Of a DNA stretch of 64,000 nt, positions 40,368 to 51,687 are shown in pieces (positions within the stretch are counted from its first letter, which is position 1; each line of letters begins with the position of its first letter). The stretch lies in NCBI GenBank assembly GCA_963555755.3, contig OY820905.2, positions 2,272,001 to 2,336,000 of the forward strand, written 5' to 3'. The DNA is from Nitrospirales bacterium. Lineage in GTDB: Bacteria > Nitrospirota > Nitrospiria > Nitrospirales > UBA8639. The notes beneath the pieces are model-generated. The model made no database searches and had not been told where the DNA came from. It saw only the letters and a program-made list of their open reading frames with translations. The position numbers and the translations under genes are program-made.

Positions 40368-43280
40368 CTACGGGCTATGGGCTTCTCCGTACTGTTCCTC
40401 GGTTTGTCTGAGGGCGGATTGTTGTATGGCCAAATGGATCATGGATTGGCGCAGTTCCTGACAGGTGTCTGGCCCTTCCCGAACGCAGGTACGTGCTAAT
40501 CCCCGCAGCATCGCGAGTTTGAAAATGTTCTCTGCCGTCGCATACGGCATTCCCCGCGTGGCAGTCTCGACGGCTCCAGCATAGTCTTTCTCTCCTACCA
40601 GTGCATGGGTTTTCATGAGATATAATGGGCCAGAATCTGGTTTGAGCTCCAGGGCACGATCAAGGTCTTCGAGGCCTTGCGGAACACGGTGAGCGGCCAG
40701 ATGGAGGCCAGCACGCATGGCATAGGCTGCGGCTTCTTCAGGTTTGAGCCGGATGGCGATATCGATATCGCTCAGGCTTTGATCCGGATTCTGTCCACCG
40801 GTGAGTCTACGGACTACAGCTGAAAGAAACAGCTCTGAAAGTGATTGACGATCTGGTGCTGTAAGTGAGTCGAACTCCTGGATGTGCCCCTCAAGAATGT
40901 GTACTCGAGTCAATGCAAGACGGACCGATTCGCTGGTTTGGGTTAGGGCGCTGACAGCATGTAAATCCCGAGCGGTCAGTTGATACAGTTCGAGTTCCAG
41001 TGCGGCCTCTGCGCGAAGCGACAGAGCATCTGCTCGGAACGGATTTTCTTGGAGGAGGCGAGTGGCAATGAAATAGGCATGGGCGTTGTGGCCTGCTGCC
41101 AGTTTTTGCGAGGCCTTCAGAAGGGGATTCTTCTCGGTTGAAGATGACTGAGGCGAGGCGGAGATGGCTTGGAGCCCTGTTCCAGCGACATGTCCAGACA
41201 ACATCTGGGCTTTCATTTCGGGCCGCTTAATGAAGCTCGTGAAGTGTGGTGATGCGACCGGCACCACCCATCCCATCGTCACACCCTGGGCCAAGTTTAC
41301 CCCGCCTGCTACGGTGACAGAGATGTTGCCCTGAACTTGTTTGTGGTGAAGGCCCTTGTAGGTTTGTGCAACTTTGGTTGGAGTCACCGGTAAATCAGCC
41401 AATGCGTCGAGAACTGGCAGATTGAGACCGGTCAATCGCCACAATGATGCCATGAGTGTGATATCCATCATGCCGTGCAATTCTCGAATGATTGGAAAAT
41501 TGGTTTCGAAGGCTGCGATGTTGGATGTGAAGGTGTCAGCCACGGTGCTTGCGAGGTTGTCGTGGGTACCGCGGCCAACCATCATCCCTCCGCGAACTAA
41601 CATGCCTTCCGTTTGTAGGATCACGCGGCTATCAAAGAGAAACAGATGCCCGTCTGGGGACGTGATGATGTCTCCCGCCTGCGGAGGGGCTGGTGTGAAC
41701 CAAAACCTGTTTAAGTTACTGCCCTGCTCTCCCCTTGATATCATCAAGTCAACCAGTGGGCGAAAACCCGGTACGGACACCCCGCGTCCCACCAGGGTGA
41801 CATACTTCATCTCATAGTCGGCATCGAGCAGGACCTTGGCAAACTGACTATCAAAGGGGATTCCTTGGACAATGGCTCGGTGTGGGCCAACCATGTCGTT
41901 TGGATCAGGTTCGAGGGAGACCATGGGTTCTGCACCACGACGCCAAACCGCATCTGTTCCGATAATGAGCTCGTCAATGGAGAGAGGTGTGCCCTCACCC
42001 TCGGAGCTACCCAGGAGTCGGACGTCCTGCTCGGTTTCATCGACCACATAGCCAAAGATGCGTCGTAAGGAACCCGGATACTTGAGCCGCTTTGGCAAGG
42101 TCGCCCAATCCGCGCGGTATTTCCCTGCCTCTGTTGTTAATTCCCGCAACGAGACGACCACAAGGTCGTCGAGGTCGCGCACTTTTCGTCCGCGCATCAA
42201 TAGGCGTGCAGCTTCTTCAGATGACCAATCAATGGTGGCGAATAAGGCTTCTTCATTGGTGGCCTGCAACATCTGGTTTTCGATCAGCAGGGGGGAGAGT
42301 CCTTTGCCCACTGCTGCCATGAGTGCATCCTGGTTGAAAGAAATCAGCACGCCCTTCGGCTTGATCTTGGGTTTATCTGAAACCGTTGGTGGAGGGGGGG
42401 CTCTTTTTTCAATGCGTCGGCTTGTCCGATATGTCCCTTGTCCTTCATTGTAGTAGCGGGTGGCGTCAAAGATACTTTCTTGACGTTTAAATGTCCCTGA
42501 CATGACTGGGGACTTTCGTGGAGATGGCGTGGCACCTGTCTGTTGCGTGCGCCCTGTTTCATAGGCCGCCCGGCCTACCTCATACGCAAGGCTGGCAAAT
42601 GGGTCATCAGTGTCTTCTGGGACAGACCCGGCCTTGAGCAACGGCGTCATATCCTGGTTAATCTTCATGAGATATCCACAGACTGTGTTTTGGCTACAAT
42701 CCGGGACTATGTTGGATTGGTTCGACAGTGTGTGTGGAGTGGTAGAGGCTTGGGTGCCGGTTGGTTGTTGTGCAACCTCTTGAATGTGTTCAATGACCCG
42801 ATTCCCAGCGGCCACATAGATTGCACGTTCTTCAGCAGTGCTCGCCTTCAATGCTTGCCTGGCGATCCATTCCCCCATGTCGTTGAGTTTGGCAATGTTT
42901 TTCTCTCTGGCAATGTGCGAGGTGACTTCTATGGGTAGTGGTTCAGTTGCGATGACCGGCGGTTGAGCTGGTGCCATTTCGCGGGGAGGTGTTTGAGGCT
43001 CAGTCAGGGTTGGTGCGGTGGTTGTGGGTTCCGTTGCCTGAGACGTATCCTCGATTGGCTGAGGCGGTTCATCCTGTTGTGACTTCGGATACAGAAAAAT
43101 GGGACGGCTCTTTCCCGTTTGTGGTAACTGAGTGTTAGGGTTTCCAGGAGGAGGGGTTGGCTCGTTCTCTGCCATCGCGAACCCACCGCACAGAGAAAAC
43201 ATGAGCAGGAGCATAGAGAACAATGTCGTCATAGTGTGATGTCGAATCCCGTTCATGGTTAGGCTATTTCTGGTGAGCAA
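40368..43280 (-). CDS. Large secreted protein with a DUF1598-like domain and C-terminal TPRs
   Basis: Signal peptide, Pro/Thr/Glu-rich linker, PMVSLEP, FAKVLLDADYEMK, RFWFTP, TPR-like helices; start may be ~43255 or 43230. The DUF1598 call is from memory of the motif. Confidence 0.75.
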   Translation of the reverse strand: MLTRNSLTMNGIRHHTMTTLFSMLLLMFSLCGGFAMAENEPTPPPGNPNTQLPQTGKSRPIFLYPKSQQDEPPQPIEDTSQATEPTTTAPTLTEPQTPPREMAPAQPPVIATEPLPIEVTSHIAREKNIAKLNDMGEWIARQALKASTAEERAIYVAAGNRVIEHIQEVAQQPTGTQASTTPHTLSNQSNIVPDCSQNTVCGYLMKINQDMTPLLKAGSVPEDTDDPFASLAYEVGRAAYETGRTQQTGATPSPRKSPVMSGTFKRQESIFDATRYYNEGQGTYRTSRRIEKRAPPPPTVSDKPKIKPKGVLISFNQDALMAAVGKGLSPLLIENQMLQATNEEALFATIDWSSEEAARLLMRGRKVRDLDDLVVVSLRELTTEAGKYRADWATLPKRLKYPGSLRRIFGYVVDETEQDVRLLGSSEGEGTPLSIDELIIGTDAVWRRGAEPMVSLEPDPNDMVGPHRAIVQGIPFDSQFAKVLLDADYEMKYVTLVGRGVSVPGFRPLVDLMISRGEQGSNLNRFWFTPAPPQAGDIITSPDGHLFLFDSRVILQTEGMLVRGGMMVGRGTHDNLASTVADTFTSNIAAFETNFPIIRELHGMMDITLMASLWRLTGLNLPVLDALADLPVTPTKVAQTYKGLHHKQVQGNISVTVAGGVNLAQGVTMGWVVPVASPHFTSFIKRPEMKAQMLSGHVAGTGLQAISASPQSSSTEKNPLLKASQKLAAGHNAHAYFIATRLLQENPFRADALSLRAEAALELELYQLTARDLHAVSALTQTSESVRLALTRVHILEGHIQEFDSLTAPDRQSLSELFLSAVVRRLTGGQNPDQSLSDIDIAIRLKPEEAAAYAMRAGLHLAAHRVPQGLEDLDRALELKPDSGPLYLMKTHALVGEKDYAGAVETATRGMPYATAENIFKLAMLRGLARTCVREGPDTCQELRQSMIHLAIQQSALRQTEEQYGEAHSP

Positions 43281-44190
43281 GGAAATGTGATGTCCGGGCC
43301 GATCAGCGCCAGCCGCGTTTTCACCAATGCCTGATGTTCATCCACATGTTTTTTGTGGACATCAGCGAGGGCCTGTGCTTCGGCATGCAATGTGGTATCC
43401 CTGAGTTGATTGATGCGTGCCCAACTTGTGGCGTAGGCCGTGGCAGCGTAGGCATAGTTGATGGTGTAATCAGCCAGGCCCACGACTTGTAGCCCCTTCC
43501 CCACATTTTCTAATTGATCAGCGTATTGAGGGAGTGAGGCCACCACGTCAAGGCTCTTGAGGGCGCCTTTGATCATTTTTTCCACCATGTCCGCATCTGA
43601 TTTGGTGAGTGTGCCCAGTTGCACACTATTTTGTATGGCGCTGGCCACCTGGTACAGGTCGCGAACCGTCTCAAACTTTCCTGCCTTGACAAGTTCCTTC
43701 GCAGCCTCAGCACCCATCGCTTTTTTCAGGGAGTCGTAGATCGGTGACTTAGGAAACCAGATTTTTTTTAGATTGTCGGATTGAGAGCGGGAAAATTTGG
43801 CTGCTGTTTGAGCTTGATCGGCACCGAGAGCCAGTAACCCTCCGAGCAAGAGATCCAGACTCTCATCCATGGCTTTCTGGACCGCCTTATCAGATTGGTT
43901 GCGCCATTCCTCTAGGGCCTGAAAAAACCCGGGAAGGCGCGCGCGAAACTTTTCGATTTGCTGACGGTCCTGATCGATTTGAGCTTCAAGTTTGCAGATA
44001 TGTTCGTGCAACTCGAAAAGCTCTAGCGTTGGAGAACAATGGAAATTTTTTCATCCTCGCCGACTTTCTCAAAGCCTGGAGGACATTGTCCATATGCTGG
44101 TTCAACCGGTGTGATGGTGAGCATGGTAGTGAAGAGGGCAGTCGTAGCGAGATGGAGAACAGACCAATTGACATACGGACGTGTATTCAT
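43259..44190 (-). pseudogene. Secreted helical/coiled-coil protein split by a frameshift in an A6 tract
   Basis: ATG 44190 overlaps the upstream TGA (ATGA); signal peptide then QCPPGFEKVGEDEK; adding one A at 44046-44051 joins it to the 250-aa ORF (~310 aa total). Confidence 0.7.
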
Positions 44191-46298
44191 TGAATCGGCC
44201 TCCTTCCCCGCACCAAGATTGTGTGGAGCATGGTCTGAATGGTATGGCGCAGACTCTCGTATGTTGGGGCTTGGGTCCCGTAGATGGCCATGAGCCGTGT
44301 GCGGTTGAGACTGTTTAAGAAGAGATAATAACGCGTCATGCCTGGTTCACCCTGTTGCATCAACGTCAGCCCAATAGTGAGGTGGAGGGGGGCATCAGCC
44401 GCACGTCGTGCAATCAGATGATATTTTGGCCAAAGAAGGTTTGGCTTTGGGGAAACACCTTGTGTCTCGAAGGCTGAAATCTGCAGAGGTCCGACCGCGA
44501 ATTGCTCCATTTCGTGGAACTTGGTCTGACCCAAGCCCTCCAGGATGGCCCGGATGGTCAACGTATCGGGCGTGTGGCCTGCTTGGTCTAGAGCAAACAT
44601 GGCCTCGGGATAGGCTCGCATCGTCATGAATAGCGTGGCACGAAGTTGCGCAAGAAACCTTTGACCCTCATGAGTCAGGGGCGAAGTACGAGCCTGATAA
44701 TCTTCTAATCGCTCAGATGTCAGGAGAAAGATGTTCGAACCAAGATCGGTGCCGCGTTCAAATCCCAGCAGGGCGACAGAGGCTTCGAGAAGTTCTTTGA
44801 GGGTGCGCAATTCGTCGGGGCTATGGTCGAGCTGTGTCTCCAAGGTCCCTACCTGACGGAGCAATGTGTCATGTTGCCGCGCTTGTGCGACGAAGATTTC
44901 AGCGAGCTGCGCATCTCGTTTGTCACGCACGTGATTGAACCCTGCCCGGGCCGCTGTTTCGAGTTCTTTGTAGGGTTCGACATCATCATATATTTCTTGT
45001 GGAACCTGATCTGCCAGTTGTTCAATGAGTGTGAGTGCCTGCTGATAGGTTGCTTCGGACTTCTCATAGTCATCCATCACAACCAAGAGGTTCGCAAATC
45101 CGATCAGGGCCTTGGCCAGCTGCGCGTCTGCCACAGTGTTTTCTAACAGGGCAATGGTCTTTTGATAGAGTTGTGCGGCTTCGACCTGACGACCTTGGCG
45201 TCCGTATGTTCGAGCTAGATCCATCATGGTGGTAGTCATTGTAGGATCATTGGGTCCGTAATGTTTCTTCTCGAGGGCCAAGAGACGTTCATACACTTTG
45301 GCAGTTAAGTCCAGGACCTTATTTTGGGTCAGCCCTTCCCCCAGATTCTTCAGCAAAAAAATCCAGTAGTCGGAATTATCTTTATGTGGCAAGGCCTCGG
45401 TGATGAAGAGTCGCTCGATATTGCGCAAGACGTGTTTGGCTTCCGGATGCTCTTCTCCGAGGTTCCGACGCAGGAGGTCATAAGCCCGAAGGAAATTCCG
45501 TTGCGCCGACTCCATGCGGTCAATCATGACTTCAATGGAGGCAAGGTTGAGAAGAGCAGGAACGAGATCTACAGCAAGACTTCCAAAGAGATCTTCTCTG
45601 ACAAACAATGCCTGTTCGTAGAGATAGAACAACTCATCTAGGGTTACTTCTTGTCCATCCAAGATAGTTTCATGGGCCGACTGGTGCGGCGTGTCTGGGT
45701 GGTGCCGAATGATGTCCACCCCGCGGGAGTATAAGGAGTCAGCTTTCTTCACACGTTGTTGAAGGTCGTAGATGGCAGCCAGCTTTGTCAGGCTCAAGGT
45801 GACACGAAGGTCATTGGGACCGTAGGCAGACTCATGTAAGGAAAGGCTTTGGCCTTGTATCTTGATTGCCTCATCCAAACGGTTTTGCTGGACAAGGCTT
45901 TCTGCTAGAAGCTCGAAGACCGAGGCTCGTTGTGGATCCTCTACTCCAAATTCTTGGCTATAGACCTCAAGCACAAGTTGAGTGAGTTCCTCAGCCCGGT
46001 GTGGTCTAGCCCGCACGGTAATATATTTTTTCGCCAGATGGAGTGCGACTTCAGCATGCTCAAGGCTGTGAGCGCCGAACGTGTGTTCTGCACGTTCGAG
46101 AGCCCGTTCGCCCTCTTGAAGATCTTGATCCTCTCGTGGATCCACCATTTTGTGTGGGGTGTCATGGTGGCGCTCAGGAAACAACTCTGATTGTGCGTTC
46201 GGAATCAGGGTCCAGAAAGACAGGCACGTGAACATCACAAAGCCCCATAGCACCGGATGCTGTTGGGTCCTTACCACGACGATGGCTCCTTGCTCCAT
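44187..46298 (-). CDS. Secreted TPR protein (kinesin-light-chain-like repeats)
   Basis: Signal peptide; repeats such as YGPNDLRVTLSLTKLAAIY, LGEEHPE, YGPNDPTMTTTMMDLARTY. Confidence 0.85.
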   Translation of the reverse strand: MEQGAIVVVRTQQHPVLWGFVMFTCLSFWTLIPNAQSELFPERHHDTPHKMVDPREDQDLQEGERALERAEHTFGAHSLEHAEVALHLAKKYITVRARPHRAEELTQLVLEVYSQEFGVEDPQRASVFELLAESLVQQNRLDEAIKIQGQSLSLHESAYGPNDLRVTLSLTKLAAIYDLQQRVKKADSLYSRGVDIIRHHPDTPHQSAHETILDGQEVTLDELFYLYEQALFVREDLFGSLAVDLVPALLNLASIEVMIDRMESAQRNFLRAYDLLRRNLGEEHPEAKHVLRNIERLFITEALPHKDNSDYWIFLLKNLGEGLTQNKVLDLTAKVYERLLALEKKHYGPNDPTMTTTMMDLARTYGRQGRQVEAAQLYQKTIALLENTVADAQLAKALIGFANLLVVMDDYEKSEATYQQALTLIEQLADQVPQEIYDDVEPYKELETAARAGFNHVRDKRDAQLAEIFVAQARQHDTLLRQVGTLETQLDHSPDELRTLKELLEASVALLGFERGTDLGSNIFLLTSERLEDYQARTSPLTHEGQRFLAQLRATLFMTMRAYPEAMFALDQAGHTPDTLTIRAILEGLGQTKFHEMEQFAVGPLQISAFETQGVSPKPNLLWPKYHLIARRAADAPLHLTIGLTLMQQGEPGMTRYYLFLNSLNRTRLMAIYGTQAPTYESLRHTIQTMLHTILVRGRRPIQ

Positions 46299-46573
46299 AG
46301 AGTGAGACTCATGGTGTCACTGGTCATGGTATGAGCAGTAGTGAAAAGGCTGAGAGGCGAAATAGCCAAGCTGCAGTGAGTGTGATGCATCCAGGATCTC
46401 CTCAGGTACAGCAATGACCTGCGCGGTGGTTCTCAAGCGCGTCCACGGTCGACGATGGCGAGCCGCTCAAAATTTTGTGTTCTCGGCAATGATGCTGATA
46501 AGTCTAATGAGCCTCGACCTGTAGGTACTAAACTATAGCACAATTAGTCATCGACAGGGGATACTCAGGGTTC

Positions 46574-46937
46574 GGTATTGTCAATTTAACGTGCTGCAAC
46601 CAAAATGGGACGTACCCGCCGAGCGATGGCATCGCCTCTTACGCGCATACCGCTTCCTGCCATACTTGGAACGCCTGAGTACGTATCAGACGATAGTTGA
46701 CCGCCTGCATGAGATGGCGGCCGAGACGAAAGAGATTCTGGGTGAGTCCGTGGAGCGTGAGAAACCGTTGAGCCTGAGTCGAGGAGGAAAACCCACGCAT
46801 GTGACGTTCCCGTTGGCGAGTCAGTTCGTGCGAGACTTCGGCTCGGTTGTTCGCATAAACCTGGTTGATGTGACTCACCGTCGGCATGATCGTCCGATGA
46901 GCGGCGTCATAGCTTCGGAATTTATCGGTGACCAACC
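46574..46937 (-). mobile_element. IS6-family 3' fragment
   Basis: VTDKFRSY, NNRAEVSH, RQRERHMRGF, AQRFL; terminal GGTATTGTCAA. Confidence 0.85.
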
Positions 46938-47606
46938 CCATTCTCCATAAGCTCCGCGCCGGCATGGTGCGCCCAGATCAGGATCGGATAGGCGGCAATG
47001 CCGGCGAGCACGTCGAAGCCGACGAAAGCGATGTCGGAGGGCGAACACACGGAAAAGGCCGGGGCGTCCACGATAAAGTCCTTGTCGCCACTGCCGTTGA
47101 GGTCCGCCAGCGAAAGCCTGGGACCAAGCGCGACAAGCGCAAGGGCGGGCGATACGCCGGTCGTGTCCGGCTCGCCGTTGTCCCTGACCGTAGCGCGAAG
47201 TCGCTTTGCAGCTTCGTGGAGGGATCGGTTACACCCGGCACAAAAATCGTCACTGATGACTGGGGTGGTTATGCCGGCCTCACCAAGCGTGGCTACGATC
47301 ACTTCACCATCGCCGAACGCGGCGATCCCCAGATTGCCGAAGAGTAGCTGCCGATCATTCATCTCGTCTTCGCTAATCTGAAGACATGGCTTACGGGAAC
47401 CCACCATGACGTCAGTCATCAACATCTACAGTCCTACCTCAATGAATTCACGTTTTGATTCAACCGCCGCTTCTACCCGTTCAACGCGTTCCGATCTCTG
47501 CTTGGGATCGCAGGAGATGTAGCGGCGCCAACTTATGCCGGACTTTATTCTGGCGAATGGACACACCCTAGTTGTTGCGTGTGAGGGTAACAACCGGATA
47601 GGCATG
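46938..47606 (+). mobile_element. IS1595-family 3' fragment, pseudogenised
   Basis: LHKLRAGMV, VEADES, TDDWGGY; stops near 47345 and 47456; terminal CAACCGGATAGGCATG. Confidence 0.85.
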
Positions 47607-47614
47607 GATTGAAC

Positions 47615-48700
47615 CTTGCTTATCCTGTTTGCCCACCAACGTACTACCTATCGTAGGGTGGCCGTAGATACATGAGCGCAATGATCCCAAGCCCCGTTGT
47701 AAAGGCCTCGATACGTGGGGCCGGGCACCTTCAGGCCGATACCCAATAGGGAAGCGAAAGCCGGCAGCGGGTAAAAGCGACGGTTGAACCGGAATACGAA
47801 TTCATTCAGAGAGGCCGACAGGTGTTGCGTGCTGACGCTATGGTGAGTTCCCATCAGCCCAGTCGTCAGATTCGAGAAGGCGATGTGGATCATAGGGAGG
47901 TGGATATCGGGTTTCTCACGATCGCCATTGCGCACCATGGGCTCGTGCGCGTACCCCAATTGTGTCAGATTGTCGTAGCCGCCCCATCCGTCGGTGCGCA
48001 CCCTGGCGCCCGTGACTACGCTCTCCTGCACGAACCCCGTGAGCGGTTTGGCCCCGCGGTTTGGCACGAGACACAAGCGCAACCTTCCTGCGTAAACGGC
48101 TCGGTGGGGCTGTTTGCCATCAACGCCGAGCGGCCGAGGGCGAACTTCGATGGCACCAGCACCCATCGATTGATGGGGGACGCCCCGTCCTTTGCCCTTG
48201 GTGCGCCCCCCCACCAGCGTTTCAGCCACCGCGACTGGCCAATCTGCGCCAATCCGGTCGGGGTTGGGGCGAACCATGCCAGCGCGGAGCTTGTGGAGCA
48301 TCTGGAATGCGGTCTCGTAGCGAGTCAGCCCAAGCTGGCGCTGAAGCTGCACCGCAGACACGCCGGGCGTTTGCGTCGTCACCAGATACGCGCCCCAAAA
48401 CCACGCCTGCAAGGGCGTCCTTGTCGCAGGCATGACGGTGCCAGCGGTCAGCGCCACATCACTGTGGCAATGTCGGCATCGAATCATCCGTGGTCTCGTG
48501 ACGATGCGCTGCGCCTTGCTGCTCACGCCGCACGTTGGGCACGCAAATCCGTCCGGCCACCGGATGGCCTCAAGATAGGCCGCACACGCCATTTCGCTGG
48601 GACACATCTGTTGCAACGCAAGCAACGACTGGGGGTGGCGAATGTCCATGACGATCATACCCTCCCTATAGCGTGAGGGTGTGTCAACCGGATAAGCAAG
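47615..48700 (-). mobile_element. IS1595-family element, mutated copy 2 (same element as 17106-18191)
   Basis: Same IRs and length (1086 bp); about 25 substitutions relative to copy 1; no matching TSD. Confidence 0.92.
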
Positions 48701-48844
48701 GTTCCAACCATGGAACAGGGAAATTCTAAGTTGAAAATTCAAGAGGACGAAGAAGGCTTAAAAAACAACGCAGAGAGTGGAGGCAGAGTAATTTCCATTG
48801 AAAACGGTTGGCCATGCCAAGGCATATCCTCTGCACTCACCCCA

Positions 48845-50161
48845 GAGCTATTGTCAAATCTAGTGTCTGAAGCGTTGCTCACGCGGCGACTGGGTCCGTG
48901 GTTCTTTCTTCGATCCCATCAGTACAGTGAATGCCGGCGATGACTTTGGGCAACTCTCGGAATCCTCGCCATCGTCTCCACGTTTTCTCCGCACACTGTC
49001 CCAACTTAACCATCATGTGCAACATGCCATCTCGCGTGAGACATCCCGTTGTGCGGACCGTCCGATGCCGAATCGTTCCAACCGTCGATTCGATAGGATT
49101 GGTCGTCCGCAGACTCGGCCAATGGGCAGCCGGAAACGCAGAGCACAGCAGCAACTCCTCTCGATCTTTCTGCAAACAGGCCGGGGCCTTGGGATATTTG
49201 AGCTCATAGGTGTTGAGAAACAGGTCAACGGCTTGCTCCGCGAGTCCTTTGGTCTCAGACTGCCAGATGTCTTGTAAGGCTTGCTTGGCTTTCGAGTGCA
49301 CACTTTTCGGCAGCGCATTTAGGACATTCTGTGTCTTGTGGCACCCACAGCGGTGGGCGCGCGTACCGGGGAAGATTTCCTCCAACGCAGCCCAGAATCC
49401 TAGCGCCCCATCGCCAATGGCCACGGCCGGCGCGTTCAGGCCGCGGGCTTTCAGAGGCAACAGGACTTCCCGCCAACTTTGGGTGGACTCACGAATCCCG
49501 TCTTCCATCGCTAAGAGATGTTTCTCTCCGGAGGCATTCAGGCCGATCACGACCAATGCACACAAGCGCTGTTGCTCCGCGCGTACGCCACGGTAGATGC
49601 CAGCGACCCAGATAGAAACCCACTGGGCGGCATCGAGTCGCCGTTGTCGCCAGAGGGTCTACTCCTCCCGCCAGCTCTGCTTGAGCCGCGCCACCGTACT
49701 CGCGGACAGCCCCTTGGCCTCTGGGCCCACGAGGGCTTCCAGGGCCGGCTGCCTCTCCCCGGTGGAGATCCCTGTCAAGTACAACCACGGGATCGCCGCT
49801 TCCAAGCTGGCTGTCTTGCGTACAGACGGGGGAACCAGCGCCGAGTGAAACGTCACTGGAATGCCCTGGCCGCTGAGGACAACCCTCGCATGTCCCTGCT
49901 CATCCTGCTGCTCTCCATCGGCCGCCAAGAGCTCGGCCACCTCCGCTTTCAGGGCTTGCGCGAGAAGCTGTTGGGCGCCACTCCGAATCACATCTGTCAG
50001 TGCATCAGTCTTTCCTCGATCTTCTTGCTCTGGTTTGCTACATTCCTGCATCGTGGCGTCTCTCCTATGTGGTTGAGTTGGGGATGTTTTGCAACACCCA
50101 GTTCAACCCGAGACGCCGCGTGTTTTCAACTGATCCTAGACACTACTTTCAAGTATAACTC
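48845..50161 (-). mobile_element. IS256-family element, degraded (frameshift, internal deletion, many missense changes)
   Basis: WLYLTGISTG, LSASTVARLK, IGDGALGFW, RTTNPIES; imperfect IRs GAG(C/T)TAT...TAGTGTC. Confidence 0.9.
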
Positions 50162-50238
50162 AAAAACTGAATAGGCAAAAAGGCTGTGCATTGAGCATGA
50201 AATGAGATCAATAAAGGAAGACAACTCGTAAAATCAGA

Positions 50239-50266
50239 TAAAGTTTCATTGACTTCCTGCCGATCT
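50239..50266 (+). promoter_or_regulatory. Sigma28 (FliA)-like promoter
   Basis: TAAAGTTT-N12-GCCGATCT upstream of the HD-GYP gene. Confidence 0.55.
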
Positions 50267-50308
50267 CTAGATGAGTGGGTAAATGGAGTTCATTGAATAA
50301 ATACCAAC

Positions 50309-51589
50309 ATGGCTTTTCACCCAGCAACACGGGAAGACTTACGAATTGGCTTGTATATCAAGTTAGTCGGGAATTGGTTTGCCCATCCCTTTTCTAAGAG
50401 TAGCTTCAAAATTAAAGAGGAGAAGGACCTGGCCACCCTCCGGGCCCTTCGCAACTACAAAATTCTGTATGATCCAGAACAGTCCGATCCTTTGCCATCT
50501 TCAGAAATGGAAGATGGCAGCTGCGAAGATGTAAACACTTCTCTTGACCCGTCATCAACTCCAATTGAAGAAAATCACCAAAAGGAAATTTCTCCGTACA
50601 TCAATAGCCCAGGAAAGCTCCAAGCCAATCAGGCAAGGCTAGAGAAACTCAAGGGGGCTGAAAAGGACTACCAAGAGGTTCTCCAGCAAAATAAAGATAG
50701 TATTCGAGAGGTAAAAGCAGGGTATGCCAAAGGGGTCATAAAGGTCGAAAACTTGGTTAATACCCTCGGGGAGATTCTGGATCAAAATGGGACCTTAGTG
50801 ACCCTCATGAATTTCACCGGCACCCAGGAAACTGGCGACGATTTTAACCACCATTCTCTGAATGTGTGTATGTTGTCTATGGTGCTTGGGCAAGGCTTGG
50901 ATTTACCTCAAGACGAGATCAAGACGTTAGGCATCGGGGCCCTTTTCCATGATATTGGCGAACTAGAGGGAGAAGGAATGTTCATCCAAAAAGAGTCTAA
51001 GATGAACAAACACGAACAACAGTTTTTACGGAACCACCCCAAAAATGGAAGAAAAATGGTTGAGGGATTTGGGTTTCCCAAACCCATTCTAGAAATTATC
51101 TCGCAACATCACGAACGGTTAAATGGAATTGGATACCCCGAAGGGCTCAAAGAAGATTCCATTCACTTACTGTCCAAAATTGTCATGGTGGCGGATGCGT
51201 ATGATGAACTGTGTACTAATCCACAATCTGAAAAAAGCCTGACTCCTTATGAAGCCATCAGCAGAATCTATGCCAAGCGCCAGGATGAATTTTGGGAGAA
51301 AGCGGTTTTAGCCCTTATTCAAAATCTAGGAGTGTATCCCCCCAGTTCAATAGTAGAAATGTCTGACGGTGTCTTCGGAATGGTCACCAGGATTAACCTC
51401 CTTGATCGTATGCGTCCCACCGTGATGCTCTATAATGCTGATATTCCCAGAGAGGAAGCCATCATTGTGGACCTTCAACAGGAACCCAGTGTGACCATTA
51501 AACTTAGCCTGCGCCCAAGGGATGTCCCAAGGGAAATCTGGAAATACCTCAATCCTCGGGGAATGATCAGCTACTTTGCCTATCACTGA
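50309..51589 (+). CDS. HD-GYP c-di-GMP phosphodiesterase with a DUF3391-like N-terminus
   Basis: LRIGLYI...WFAHPF, HSLNV, LFHDIG, HHERLNGIGYP, VADAYD, GVYPP. Confidence 0.92.
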   Translation: MAFHPATREDLRIGLYIKLVGNWFAHPFSKSSFKIKEEKDLATLRALRNYKILYDPEQSDPLPSSEMEDGSCEDVNTSLDPSSTPIEENHQKEISPYINSPGKLQANQARLEKLKGAEKDYQEVLQQNKDSIREVKAGYAKGVIKVENLVNTLGEILDQNGTLVTLMNFTGTQETGDDFNHHSLNVCMLSMVLGQGLDLPQDEIKTLGIGALFHDIGELEGEGMFIQKESKMNKHEQQFLRNHPKNGRKMVEGFGFPKPILEIISQHHERLNGIGYPEGLKEDSIHLLSKIVMVADAYDELCTNPQSEKSLTPYEAISRIYAKRQDEFWEKAVLALIQNLGVYPPSSIVEMSDGVFGMVTRINLLDRMRPTVMLYNADIPREEAIIVDLQQEPSVTIKLSLRPRDVPREIWKYLNPRGMISYFAYH

Positions 51590-51687
51590 GCCACCTCCAG
51601 CCCCTAAACCTCAAGGGCACCTCTAAAAACCGTCCTTTTCCGTGATGGCGGCGTCAGCCGCGTGCTCAAATCCTCATGTAACCCCTT

